DNA of 64,000 bases from positions 1,297,623 through 1,361,622 of the forward strand of contig MU006095.1 of NCBI GenBank assembly GCA_010093705.1, read 5' to 3'. The translations under genes were made by a program, and so were the position numbers. Origin of the DNA: Patellaria atrata CBS 101060. Its lineage: Eukaryota. The notes below the pieces were generated by a model, which worked only from the letters and a program-made list of their open reading frames with translations, made no database searches and was not told the origin of the DNA. Positions 1-13,191 of this stretch are shown in pieces. Every line of letters starts with the position of its first letter. Within the stretch, counting starts at the first letter, position 1.

Positions 1-1646
1 TACGATACCACCGACAGCCAAACCACCGAGGAGCGAAACACCCCTATCGACACCGATGGCGATGAACATGGGACGAGACCAGAGCGTGGAGCCGAAGGCC
101 ATGCCGGAGCGGAAGAGATCGTTAGAGGCGAAGAGTGAGGCCGCGTACTGGGGATAGGACATCGGGACGTAGATGAAGATGCACTGGAAGATGACGTAGA
201 CGGAGGTGGCATAGAGTGTGATACCGAGGGCGGTGGCGATCCAGTGGAAGTCGGGTCTAGCGGTCCAGGCGAAGATGAAAAGACCGATGGGAGGACCGAA
301 GGTGGCCCAGAGCGAAGGGCGTAGACGCCATTCCTGTGGCCTCCAGCCGTTCTTCTTGAAATCGGGGAAGAGGATGACGAAGATATAGTATGAGTATATG
401 ACCATACCGCAGATACAACCGACGACGATGGACAAGAAGACGAGACCGGTTTCACCGATGTTGAAGCCGTACATGGGCGGGTAGACGAGAGGGAACACCT
501 CGAAGAAGGCGTAGTAGATACCGTAGATGATACCGGTGTAGACGTTGATGTACAAGATGGCGGGATCCTTGATGAAGATCTCGAAAGGCTTGACAACCGC
601 GTCAGCGAAGATCTTGCCGAAGGTCATGTCGGCACGAGCCAATTCAGTAGCAGACTTGATGCCCTTGTTTCCGGTGAGCTTGCGGAGGCGTTGGGCACGG
701 TTTCGGAGAATGGTCGGGGTGTAAGTCTCGGGAACAAAGAAGAAGAAGAGCACGAAGATCGGGCCGGCCATCCAGACGATCTCCCAAAGGGACCAGCGCC
801 AACCCTTGACGGGGACGGCGAAACCGGACAGTAGAGGACCGACGGCGGGAGAGACGAAGGCGGAGGACACCCAAAGGGCGAGTGGAATAGCTACGGTCAA
901 GGGATCCCACATGTCACCCATGCTAGCACCACCAGTGGCCAAGCAGGGGGAACCGAAGAAACCTTGCAGGAAACGCAGGACCATGAGACCACCGAAGTTG
1001 TCGACGACGGAGGTCGGGATGGAGATGATGGTGTAGATGAAGAATGTGGAGATGTAGGGGATGTTGCGGCCGAAGTGGGGAATTTCAGACATGGGAGAGA
1101 ACAACATGGGACCTGTTCCGTAACCCAACACGTAAAGAGCCAAACCCAATGAGGCCTTGAAATGGCCGACGCCAAAGTGCTCCATGATTTGAGGGATGGA
1201 GGAAACATAGATGGCGGAACCGGTGTACACGACGAAGGTGTACAGATCGATGATCAAGGCAGTGACGAACTTCTTTCCTAAAGACCAATTTTGCGGGTTC
1301 TCTGGATCAGTTGGTGTATACCTGTGACAGAATTATTAGCATGCATTCTAATTGTAAACGGCAAGGAAACGTACCAGTCAGCCAAGCAATCACCCGAAGC
1401 TGTTCGCTTTACCTCCAATGCATTTGGGATGTTATCGGAAGGTCCACCGCCCATGCCATCCTTCAAACTATTCGAGTCCGAAGGTGTCGAAGTGGCATCC
1501 TTCTCTGCATTTGGGTGATGAGTTACGCAGTAGTCGGCAGGGTAGACGAAGCCGGGCTTCTCTTCTTCGTACAGAAAGACTCTGTTTCCGGTGATCCATC
1601 TCATGATCTGCCCGAAGGGGGCATCACGGATGAGGTCTGAGACCAT
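1..1646 (-). CDS. MFS drug:H+ antiporter, DHA1 family (Flr1/Mdr1/Caf5-like); 3' end runs off the window. Exons 1646-1375 and 1321-<1
   Basis: ATG at 1646. Intron 1374-1322 (GTACGT..GCTAAT..CAG) joins DW-YTPTDPENPQNW. Downstream frame has DHA1 motifs GPMLFSPMSE-x4-GR, LRFLQGFFGS, GWRW and PETY, with many hydrophobic segments. Confidence 0.92.
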
Positions 1647-4600
1647 CTTGAAAAAACTTTAAGATTCGTACTCTAATGGTAAGGACGTTACGCTCGACGT
1701 AATGAGGGTATATATGCAAAAAAGGTCCAACAGGTGGTATATTAGGGAAACGCTGGTTCTAGTAGAATGAGTCTCTGGCCGACAGCGAGGTTGATGTATT
1801 AATTAAGCGTACTGATTCAATCGACTACCCACGTCTCCGGAGTAAGGAAAAGAGGAATTGACTAAAGAAGGATATCTAAAGAACTGCTTAGTGAATTTGG
1901 TCTGACTTGGAGGCGTAGACCAGATATATCAACTCCTACAGCCTTCTTGAGCGCCAGAGTCACCAATAGTTCCAGTACCAGCAATCCGTAAATGCTCGTC
2001 CGACCTGTCCGGTTGCATTATGTCGTCCAAGGCTGGGAACACTATACCTCAGCGGAGTTTCCACCAAGTGGACTGGGGCACAGTACGGAACTGGGAAGGC
2101 GTGACTAGATTCTGCAGGAATACATGCTAAGAATCCGAAGGTGTGATATTCGTCGTTCGGTTTACCAATCAGCTATCCAAAGACGTATCTGACTACGCGC
2201 CTCCAAGATGGGAGTTAGCCATATTCAGGGGTAGTAAAGCGGTAGGATAAAAGCTTGAACATCCTTCGGCGTTTTTGAGTCGATGCTGATCAGACCGCAT
2301 GGCAATGACGCCGGAGCGACCAAAGTGGAACTGATGGGTGGGCAATAAGAGTTTGTGCGTCGTTGCTGAAAGATGCCCGGACATGGGTGACTCAGCCCTA
2401 CGTGTGATCGATGCCAGCCTCATGCAACTATAATTTAGCTGCTTGCTTGTTACGACTTTGAACGAAAATTCTGAAAAAAAAAAGAGTGAAAAAAAAAAAA
2501 ATTAGAATTGGAGCTGAATATCTTTGACCACCTTTCAACACGCTGAATTGATGTAAATTCTAATATTTTCTTCATACCTACGGCCTTTGGACATGTTCGG
2601 CCGAGTGATCTACAAACCACGCATATTGCCTGATGGACTTCTATCTCACGTCTGACCTAGACACCCTGGCATGTTTTACCGAGTCTCGGTATCTTGGGTG
2701 CTTGGATAAGTTTGAGGCCTGTAAGCAAACATGGGTGAGACTCAATGTGCAGATGATTGGACCCGGGTGGTTGGGAAGAACTGCAGCCTTCGGATTGAAG
2801 AAAGAAAGTATTTCAAATCGGTCTAACGAGCTGAAACGTATTGGGTACTATGAATATCATTGTACAGTACTAGTATAGTGTAGGTACGAATGTGATGACC
2901 AGTTTCTCAACGGCATCTGCGGCGCTGTAATAGACTACGGTGTGATTGATGTTCGACACGTGGAGTACTGGGGGTACCGTTCCATTTGAATCGGCCCGGT
3001 TATGGGATGATTAGTATGAAATCGGGACTGGTACTTACCTCAGCTGGTGATCAATTATGGTACAATAATGAATGGAGATTGGTTACGGTCAAGGGAGCCG
3101 AGAAGAGCTGATGCCTAGGTGGAGAATGGATAGAGGTCAGACTGCATATTCCTAAGGCATGCGTTGCTCCATGCTGCGTTGCCAAGTCAGATCGGTTATC
3201 TCCCGCATTCAGACAACATGCTCTCCCATCGGAACGGTTGCATCTTCAATTCGCTGGAGTTTAGAGGATATACAGTCATCAGGTACAGGACGGCGAAGAT
3301 AACTTCCTTGTGTCTTTGTTGGAGGAAGAGTTGTCGTCGGTGATCAAGCGTCGGGAGGTTAGGTTCGGTCTTGGTCGGAAGGAAAAATTACAATCTCAAA
3401 CAGGTCATCACCTCACCAACAGCCCCTGTCAGCTATCCGTATTCGTCCCCGGAGGTCGATGCGGCTGCACAGCTGCTCATCTCTTGTCTTCACTTTTAGC
3501 CTCACATAAGTGAAATAGCAAGTCAAAGGTATACAAATTCAATCGCTATCGGCTGTGTGGCTGGGCATTGTGCTACAATGTATACTTGGCGTCTTGATCA
3601 GAAACCGTGCCCCCTTATTTTGCCTGGACTTTCCATATACGGAGTACGAGACGATGTTTTTGTGAAATTATGACCTGAGACGACAAGGTTCTCACCGGGT
3701 AGGCACCTAAACTGAACGACAGTCTTTTACATCAGCACCGAGGCAACGATGGAGATAACCACTCATGGCTATCACATTCGGCTGTGCCGTAACACCAAGA
3801 GGACAAGATGACTGTGCCGTCAGAATGAACCTGTTGATATCAGTACCTCAGTATGAGATAGCTTCCAAGTTTTACTGGTAGACAACCAACTGGGCCTCCT
3901 GCTTGCAGGCATAGAATGATGGGATACAACCTTCATGACTGTTCCGTGCTGTCCCGCCTCACCGTTTACCTTGAGACACAGCATAAAAGTTATATCCCGC
4001 ACTGTACTGTACAGTACAAAGGGGACATATTACCTAACCATCCTCAGTCACACAACCCATCTCATCTCGCTCGTCATCCTCTCCTCCTACCCAGAGCCAA
4101 TATCAAATCAAACCCGCCCAAACTATCACATATAACAAAGTAAAAATCAGGATTTCCGCCATCTGCACACGGTCCGCCCCGAACAAGGGTGACAGTCAAC
4201 CCCCAGATCCGTGCCGGTTCAAGCAGCGCCCAACGATTGGCCACGACGAAGCGATCAGGCCCAGAGCAACAACCTTCCAGAAGGAAAAAAAAAGAAAAAA
4301 GTCCGCCGAGGATGATGCAACATTCAAACATTCCGTGCATGTCGTCCGTAGTGTATTAATAGGCGAGCAAGACACGTGGAGACGAAAAAAGCCACCCTCA
4401 GTTCCTGCGTCACCCCCTTCCCTTCCCGCCCCAACCTTCCACCCTTCGTTCGCTGCCGTGTATTTGTTAATGAGGACGAAGATGCGCGCGATTTGAGATT
4501 GTAGATCTGGGATAACCATCGAAAATGGAATGAGCGCCTCCCGCTGTAAATCTCCCGTCTTGCGTGATTGCTCTCTTCAGGCACACCCCTCCGCCAGCAG

Positions 4601-5775
4601 GGGGGGATGGCCACGCCGTTTACGCTGCTTTGCATGTCCTGTTACACTGGGTTTGAAAATCTCCCAGGCGACGGTAAAGTACGGGATAAACATTCGTATT
4701 TTGGAGGAGTTGGAACGTGATTCAGCTCACCGTTTGTAACTTCCTCCCATATGGCAATCGCTAAGGTACTGCCTTGTGGACACCAATAAGGTAGCTGTGC
4801 AGTATCTCTTCCCCAGATTCTCAATCACACAACTACTCCTCAATCACACTCCTTCCATCGATCACATTACCAGCAGAATAAATCATCACACCATCACCTC
4901 TCCTTTTACAAACCGCCGTGACTGCCAACCCAAGCCGGGGTAATATTCCTTACCTTAACAGTCCAATACCCCACCCCCTTCCCTCCGCCCCATTTCATTT
5001 CGATCTACTTACCCCTCCCCTCCTCTCTCCCCGAAAACCTTACATAAACAATCCGTCCGCTCTCGTCCATCCCACCCTCAACATCTCACAAACACAGACA
5101 AAGGACGAATCTCATCCGGTTTCATCTCCCAGGATGGATCCGCGCCACGGGTTCCTGCATTTCCCACCCCTTCGGAGGCTGAAAGTTAAGAATAGAAAAA
5201 GAATTATGGTGGAACGTCTAGATTAGGTAACTTAGGTGAGAACGGCATCCCTTAGATGAGGGAGTTACGCACATATGAGATTGACGGGGGACCCGTGGGG
5301 GGGGGGGGGGGTTTTGGAATAGGAAATTGTAGGCACTTGTCTAACCTATGAAATATGAACATAAATGTTACAATCGAAAGTCGAACTGTCCAAGTACCCT
5401 TATCATCTAGAGACCTTTTGTATTATTCCACAGCATAATAGTCTATCTCACTGAATTGACTACGCTATACACTGACTGATTCCATGTCTATGGAGGAAAG
5501 TGAAAATGGGCCAAAAAGCCAAATACCACTTAAAGGTGTAATAAAACCAAGGTGAAAATTATACGAAAATAGAAAATCTCAATTCTTAGGGGTATATGCG
5601 CACAAACTAGACTGAAAACCATCCCACCCAAACTTCCATGCTCCATACATATACAGAAGAACCCATTACCCTCCAATATCCATCTCGACGGCATCAGAAA
5701 AGAGGACCGATATACTGTACACACATACTCCTATTCATGAATCATAGTGACCATCATAACTACCCCAGAAACCCA

Positions 5776-7579
5776 TTACGCCAAAGCAGGGAAAATCCTT
5801 CCCGCCACTCTCCTCCACGTTGGCCTTTCCTCTTCTTGGCGACGAATCGCCTCTTCCTCAGCCTCCCTCTGTATTCCTAGCATGGCTAGGACACGCTGTC
5901 TCCCGCGCTCCCTACGCGAGAGGGTCTGGTCGGGAGGACAGCCATCCGAACTCTGCTGGCGTGGTACAGTGCCAGCAGGGGGGATGGCTTGTCCAGAAAC
6001 GGCGCCCAACTCGACATCACCCGGCATTGGCGAACTCTGTACCACGGCTCTCTCGTGCGCAAGCATGGCTCTCAGCCCCTCAGGGAGAAGCGGCGAGACC
6101 CTCCTGTGTACGTGGCCCCGACCCGCACGCTGATCCTGTGCAGCCTCGGCTGCAACGCGCTCCCTCATTGTCCTGATCGTACGTTCGCGGCGGACCATCG
6201 CGTTGGTTATGACCTCAGGACAGTAGCCCAATGGGAGGGCAGAAACTTTGCATATGGGACAGAGGGAAGAGATTTCGAGGAGAGCTTGATCGACGCACTC
6301 GGGATGATAGATATGCTTGCATCTGAGTTCCCGGACGCTATCTGTCCCGGGTTGGAACTCCTCAAGGCAGATGGAACACGTATCCTGAGAATACGCGACG
6401 GAATGATGGGTGGTGATGGGGGCGAGCGTAGGGTGAGTGGGTGAAGAAATGGGAGGGTCGGAATGAATTGTTCCTGCCATTAGCAGGTTGTTTCCCGGAG
6501 TTTGCTCCGGGTCGCGCGGGAGCTGCGTTGATGCCCTTTGATCGGCACGGTACGTATATACGGGCATTTGGTCAAGAAGTTCTCGGGGAACCGTTAAAGC
6601 TTTCACACCAAGCGTCTCAAGATCGACTTGGCCGTTAGCAATGCGTCTGCGTAACAGCGTGCGTCGTCTACGCTGGAGAAGATGCATGGCCAGCGAAGTC
6701 ATTCCGACGACGAATATTAGAATGCCTAGTACGATAAGAAGAAAGATCCATAGACTGGGAAGATTGCTTCTATCGCCTGAACGATTGTTAGATATCATTT
6801 TTGTGACTCTGCGTAGCGCTACTTACCAGTGTCAACTATGGTAAATAAGCGCACGTAGGAATCCGAGCCAAAGGTTGAGGCTAGCTGAGGCCCATATGGC
6901 ACTTGTGATACATTTCCAGAGTACAAGTCTAACTGGTCCATGAGAATGGAACCCGTCATACCTGGTAGTGCATATACAGGGAACCTGTAGCGAGATTTCC
7001 AGCGACCGTTTTCCCCCAGCATCCACGACGGATCATTCATGGGTGGGGGTTGTACTGTGCTGTCGTTTGGAATGTAGAATAGAAATGCTCGTATTGGGTC
7101 ATCTGTCACGGCATCGAGAAGGGCAAGCGTGCAAGTAGGCGACAACCAAGGAGCCAATGCAATTAGTTCATACCGTTCTTCCGGTAAGTTATTTCGTGTT
7201 GTGGCGTTATCGGGAACGTGAATTGCTAAAGCTTCCTTACACTGGGTGATAGCATCAGGAGGAAGGGTGGGAACGTAGAGTAATCCAGAGACATCATCGC
7301 CAGGCGATACGGTGTTCGTTGATAGAGTGCGGATGCTGTCTCGTTTGTCGTATTCAAAGGAAATATCGCTCTGAAGGAGTGGAGAGTTTTATTAGTGTCC
7401 CTCGGATTTCGCGGAGAGGTAGAAACTCACGCTGACTTGCTCGAAATCATCGCTGTGAAGTTCGTGCAGGGCAGGATCAGGAAAGGCGATGGTGACAGTA
7501 TGAAGTCCTCGAGCAGCTATTCTCAACTGTCAAAAGATTGCTCAAGTCAATTGTGCATGAGTTGAGCTGACGTACCCAT
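5776..7579 (-). CDS. Transmembrane RING-H2 E3 ubiquitin ligase with luminal N-terminal domain. Proposed exons 7579-7576, 7516-7431, 7370-6827, 6776-5776
   Basis: RING-H2 motif CSICLEEF..VRELRCKHIYHPECVD..CPIC follows a TM helix (LWIFLLIVLGILIFVVGM). Introns 6826-6777 and 7430-7371 are canonical and keep the frame. The 4-nt first exon (ATGG|GTACGT) is less certain. Confidence 0.85.
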
Positions 7580-8332
7580 ATTAGTGGCGGAAGGCGGAGA
7601 CGGCTTGAGTGACGACGAGGCACAACAACAAAGTTGAAGGTGAAGGAAAGGTGCGCACAAAAGGCGTAAGCAAATAAAGGCGTCAATCCATAGAAATCGA
7701 GCGTAGAGAGGCTAAAAGCAGGTAAAAAAGGAGCGAAAGAGAAGATGTCAAAGGAAAGAGGCCTGGTGTTGATAGTTCCAGGCGAGAATGAGGTAGTTGG
7801 AGAAAGGCCGGGCTCTGTTTGAAGGTGTCCGAGCCTTTGATGGAGCACGCATGGACTTGGCACTTTAGTTCTAGGCGACAACGCGCGGGAAATAGACGCG
7901 ATAGAAGTGAAATTTAAGCGAAAGATTCACTTGACTCGTGCGTTATTTATTTTGAGCCGCCTAACTTCTTCACCTCCACTCGGCTGTCTTTAGAGATACC
8001 GTAGTATTTCGTGAAGTTGCACCTTGCGCTCACATCGGTCTTCAGATTATCATAACATCATAAAACGCAGATCCTTAAACATCATACACCCATTCTGTCG
8101 TTCGATTTGTAGTTCCACTCATTCGAACCTTCCAGCTTCCCCCGATCGAGTTCTACCCCACCCCCAAGCCTGATAGGTTCAAGCAACACCGTTCACGCTA
8201 TAAGTCAGCAGCGTAACAAGTATCGAGTAGAAGTTTACTTACTTCGCGACTTCTTACTTGTACAGTTCAACTCCTTGCGTCACGGGACAACAGAACGCGA
8301 GCACACCTCCCGAGGTCGCGTCCGTACTCAAG

Positions 8333-10470
8333 ATGCCTCCTGTAGCAAACAAAGCGAAGGGCAAATCCCAAGCACGCGATCAACACAGACAGTCGCGAAG
8401 CCGCAACACCACTCCCATTTCTGGCGGTACAGGCGTTTCCGCTGTCATCGAGTCCAGTGCACCGTCAAACGCCCAAGCTGCTCTCGCCCAGCTCAAGATG
8501 ACCATCGAAGCAATACTCGACAGCCACGGAGGAAGCGGGGCCAACATTCCCAGCGCCGGCTTGTTGAATACTTCGCTCGACAAAGTCAAGAATCAATTCC
8601 TACCCCCAATTAAAGTGAGAGGAGAGATATCGGATCGTGCGATGAGGGCTCTTGCTTTGAAGAGGAAGGATCGCATGGAGCAGGAACGGGAACGGGAAAG
8701 GGCAGATCGAGATGCCGAGGACCGAAAACAGAAACAGAAGAAAATGGGCAAGAAGAAGGAACGACCATCGGGCGATGAAGATCGACCTTTAGCTGTAGGA
8801 GCTCATGGTCTTGCCAGGCAAGATGGTGTTGACGTTCACAAAGGTTGGAACTTTCTTTCAAACCTTTCTAACATCTGCCAATTCAATATCCTAAGTACAA
8901 GTCAATATCACAATTCTGCCTTAGTTCAAGTGACCTGAAGACACTTAAACCATGTGTCATTCAACATTTTGACCCATTAGAGCAATAGTCGTAACATTCA
9001 CTTATCCGTTCGCGTCAAACGTCAAATCTCCTCGTGTGAAAGTAAGGGTACTTCTACTAACGCTGCTTCTCTTTCGCAGCAGACACTTCATCTTCAATTT
9101 CCTCCCCCGAGTCGCAACCAGCACCTCCTCCAGACTCGGGCAAAATGGACGTTGCAGACTCCCCACTGTCTACTGGAGATCATCAACCTCCACCTGCGCC
9201 TGCCATACCCCACTACCAAACCTTTGGCTCTGATCCCTCCACTTTTGACGATCCAACTATTTACCATATTCGCGATATAATCGAGGATATGACAGAAGAG
9301 GAGAAGAAGGAGATCCTTTGCGTAGCTGATTATCCGCACGACGACCTCCACGACCAGACTTGCGGAACACCTCCCGATAGGGACTTTAGCAACGCGAAGC
9401 CCGCTCAACAGACAGCAGCAAACGTCTTCGCAAATTATGTTGAACCGTACATCCGCCCATTGAACGAAGAGGATGTCGCATTTCTCCAAGAGCGTGTAGG
9501 TACTTCCATCCTTCAATGTCCAAGGAGCGCTAACATGTTGGAAAAGGGCGATCGCAAATACGCTTTCCTCATACCTAGATGGGGCGCACGTCATTACAAG
9601 GAAGTATGGGCTGAAGAGGATGGAGCAATGGCAATTGACGGTGGTAACGAAAAGCTACCGCCCAATGAACCCCGAGGCAACGCAGAAGACATGAATGACG
9701 ACATCGCCGAAACCGAAGAAATCTCTACCGGTCCTCTACTTTCACGTCTTCTATCCACCCTCCGCCCCGCCGCCAATAATGACACCAATGGCGACGCAAC
9801 TAATGGCGACATGGAAATCGACCATGAGCCCAACGGTGACGCTACACACCCACCACCCCCCGCAACATACATGCCTGAATCTAGCCAAGCGGCCTGGAAA
9901 GCGTCCCCGCCTCCAAATCTGGACTATGCGAACATGGACGAGCGCATCCTCCAAGAGCTCAGACATATGGGCTTCTTGTCCGCCGACTCCTTGCCCCCAA
10001 CCTACGACGATCACCTTGACGACGCAGTCGCCGCCCGTCTGCGCCTCCTGCAAGCCGAGCTCCGCCAGCAATGCATCATCAACGGTGCTCGCAAGGCCCG
10101 GTTGCTCGAACTCGCAGCCGACCGTCTCGCACAGCAGGAATACAACACCATTGCGGACGACCTCGACAACCAGCTCAACGCCGCGTACCTCAAGCGCAAC
10201 CGCAACATCGGCAAGGGCAAGAAGAACGCGAAGAGGCCCGGTGGTCCTGGAGGTGGGAGTCATTCAGTGGCGAACCCAGGGCTCAGCAAGCCCGCGATGG
10301 GTGAGCCGATTCGCTTGCTCATGGAGAGGAAGGCCCAGTGGAATCAGCAGATTGGTCCGATTGTTGGTATGGGACAGGCGAGGTTGCCCGAGGGCACGAT
10401 TTTCGATCCCCAGACTATGGCCAGGCTTGTTGAAAAGGAAAAGGAGATCTTTGACCTGGACCTAGAATAG
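8333..10470 (+). CDS. NGG1: SAGA/ADA histone acetyltransferase subunit Ada3/Ngg1. Introns 8844-9079 (or 9082) and 9496-9546
   Basis: Recognised motifs GAHGLARQDG, FDDPTIYHIR, GTPPDRDFSNAKP, YIRPLNEEDVAFLQERGDR, and the Ada3 C-terminal helical region LRLLQAELRQQCIINGARKARL..QEYNTIADDLDNQLNAAYLKR. Confidence 0.9.
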
Positions 10471-11032
10471 GCCGTCAGATCTTCTTTGGAGTACATTGGC
10501 GTTCTTGTATTGGGAATGCGGGTTGGACTCTTATGGTGGCTGGATCCGAGTGCGTTTCTGAAGTGCTTGGTGGTTGAGCTGATATATGGCTGTTCTCTGT
10601 ACAATATTGGTGGCCTACGGTGTTCCGGCTTGGAACAACGGTATATGCGATTCATTCAATACTTCTCGGTTGGAGTATTACACAAGGTACATCCGGCTCA
10701 TCCAATACTTCTTGGATGGAGACGGAAGTATTACACATTGCAGATCATGGAGGAAAGGGAACGAGGGGATGTCATTAGCAACTGCTTGATAACAAAAATA
10801 ATTCATGAAAAATCTTACAAAATCAAGCACGATAACATTGAGCGAGGGCCCAGAAGTGAATTTCTTTGAAATCGTAGATTGGAAATGTGGAATAGTTATG
10901 GAGGTATCGCAAGCCATAAATTCGGAACGCCTGTGCCTAAATAGATCCTATCTAATCATTTATTGTAACCTAACTCATCTCGCATAAGATAGTATACCAA
11001 GGGGGCAACGTCTCATATCAAACACAAATCCC

Positions 11033-12736
11033 TCATAACGCTGGCTCGACCGCTTTCACCCCAGGCAACTCCTTCCTAGTAGGTAACTCCCCTCCATCCT
11101 GCCCGAGCAACTTCCTCTGCAATTCCCGCTCGATATTCCTCGTGTCTCCCCTCTGCTCCTCAAGTCTCTCAATAGCCAACTGAATATTATAAAGATGCAT
11201 CTCCAAGGGTGCTTCCTCGCTGACACCCAACACATCCGGCGCGCCAACTCGTTCCCTCAAATCCTCCAACCCGGCCGCGATGCCCTGCAGCTTCATGACG
11301 GTGTTGCTGACGTGCGCCCAGGCTATGCGTCTGTAGGCTGAGACCTGCTGCAAGAGGGCGAGCTGCTCGGCGAGCTTCTTCTTGGAGTGGCGGTTCCCGC
11401 CGAGCTTGGTCCAGAGGGAGGCGAGGAGCTCGTCGCGGGAGGAGGAGAGGGTGAGGCCGTCGCGGGCGGCGATGTCGGCGATGATGTCGAGGCGGGCGTC
11501 GAGGTTGTCGAGGATCTTGAGGAGGGCCTGCGCTTCGAGAATCAGGGTCGAGATCTTTTCTTCTACTGCAGAGGTGTGTTCGAGGTAGCGGGCGCGGACC
11601 AGACCACCCGTGTTTAGTTTGGATTGGAAGGGGGAGAGGAATGTAGGTACGATGCCGAAGGTTGTGCTCGGTGCACTGAGTTCGGACAGCACGCGTAAGG
11701 TCCACCGGTTGATGCTGAGGATGTGGTCGACGGTCGACCCGATGCGGGAGTTGAAACGGGTCAGGCTTGAGGATGCTTCCCGTGCCGTGTCGATGAAGCC
11801 TGTGAATTCGAATTCGAGCTCGTTCCGTGAGGGGAGACTGGAATACTTGACTACGAGTTTGAGATCGCGGATTGAGGCCTCGGAGTGCTTCATCTCAACT
11901 GGGAGGCTTAATGCGGTTTCCGAGGAGGAGAGAATGTCCTCGAAGGAGGATTGGACGTTCATGAGACGGTCAAATTCGACGGGGCCGGAGGGCTCCGAGG
12001 CGCAGAATGGGAGATCCAGGTAGGATACCCCTGGGATTTGGCAGATGGGGGAAAGAACTGCAGTTGCCGAAGAGGCGACAAAGTTTCGTACGCCTAGTAT
12101 GAGAGCGAAGAGTATACTGATTGCGAGTGCGAAAGACATTAGAGGTTTGAGAAATAAAAGGGCAGGAAAGAGGATGGAGAAGATTAAATTGATGGTCGGA
12201 TGAAGGACATTGTTCCAAAACCATGCAATGTATGTCCCGATGTCTCCTTGCTGTACAATGCGCTCTTCAACTTTAGGAGGTTTCGGTCTACCGGGAGATT
12301 TTCGAGCCTGATATCCTTGAAATCCCTCACTTGCTGTAGTCCGTGAAGTACGTCTGTGTACCCGGGAACCACGTTGTGGAGTAGCCCTAAACGATGAGCC
12401 CTCCATATCTTGATGCATGGAGGGCATGATGAACTCGGGCTCTACGGAAGCTTGCCTAGATTTTATACGTTCGGACTGCCGGGTAGCGAAAGGAGTAAAC
12501 GTCTGAGAAGACGCCTTTGACTTCCGTGGTGTAGCGTGTGGTTGTTGCTGCGTCCGGGGTGATCGAGATTGTTTCGAGGTTACTTCGACCGGAGCAAGGC
12601 TGTCATTTCCTATATCCTCTCCTGAGTCTTCTTCAAGATATTCTCCATCACTGCTCTCAGTTCTGTCTGATTCCATTTGTCCCCAGGATTCGCTCAGTGT
12701 CGATCTCGAGACGTTCGTGGTACGCGCCATTGCCAC
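11033..12736 (-). CDS. Uncharacterised fungal membrane-anchored protein: disordered N-terminus, hydrophobic segment, CxxP..LPFC motif, long helical/coiled-coil C-terminus
   Basis: Intronless 567-aa ORF with coding-like GC3 bias in the 3' half, TM-like stretch (INLIFSILFPALLFLKPLMSFALAISILFALILGV) and heptad-rich C-terminus. Confidence 0.8.
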   Translation of the reverse strand: MAMARTTNVSRSTLSESWGQMESDRTESSDGEYLEEDSGEDIGNDSLAPVEVTSKQSRSPRTQQQPHATPRKSKASSQTFTPFATRQSERIKSRQASVEPEFIMPSMHQDMEGSSFRATPQRGSRVHRRTSRTTASEGFQGYQARKSPGRPKPPKVEERIVQQGDIGTYIAWFWNNVLHPTINLIFSILFPALLFLKPLMSFALAISILFALILGVRNFVASSATAVLSPICQIPGVSYLDLPFCASEPSGPVEFDRLMNVQSSFEDILSSSETALSLPVEMKHSEASIRDLKLVVKYSSLPSRNELEFEFTGFIDTAREASSSLTRFNSRIGSTVDHILSINRWTLRVLSELSAPSTTFGIVPTFLSPFQSKLNTGGLVRARYLEHTSAVEEKISTLILEAQALLKILDNLDARLDIIADIAARDGLTLSSSRDELLASLWTKLGGNRHSKKKLAEQLALLQQVSAYRRIAWAHVSNTVMKLQGIAAGLEDLRERVGAPDVLGVSEEAPLEMHLYNIQLAIERLEEQRGDTRNIERELQRKLLGQDGGELPTRKELPGVKAVEPAL

Positions 12737-13191
12737 GGCCTTTTGTTAAGCAGAACAATGAACGCTTTAGCGTCTGTAGATGACTTCGTGAAGAGGGAAC
12801 ACTATTGTGGTTGAAGAACGCGTGATTCCTGAGTGAAAATGTACTTATTCCAGACTGCAGTTATGTCAGTATATGCGGCGGGTGGGGGATAGGTAGGTGA
12901 GAAAGAAGGCAGGATTGAGGTATATCTCTATCCTTTGGTACATACATGTGGAGTGAAGGTAGGGTCAACCTGTATCTAAGCGATTGTGGAACTTAACTAG
13001 GTGGCTCAGCAGGTTATTAAAGGTGAAATAAAGATTTAAGGTGCCGTGGGCTGTATATATCAACATCATGGTGAATGTTCAAGGCTGCAAGGTGGGAGCT
13101 CGTTGCGTCACAGGTGTTTTGTTGCTCGCTTCCAATCCAGTTTGGTCGCGTCCTCCTCGAACAATTTCTCCAGGCGCAAACACCCATCTCA

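Noticed and set aside
4493..4526. TGAGA..GATCTGGGATAACCATCGAAA, resembling a TPP riboswitch 3' core
   Set aside because: No P2/P4 spacing or ATAC junction, and no thiamine-related gene or intron nearby.
5286..5312. Long G run, potential G-quadruplex (also poly-A at 2475-2500 and G run near 41135)
   Set aside because: Simple homopolymers with no supporting context.
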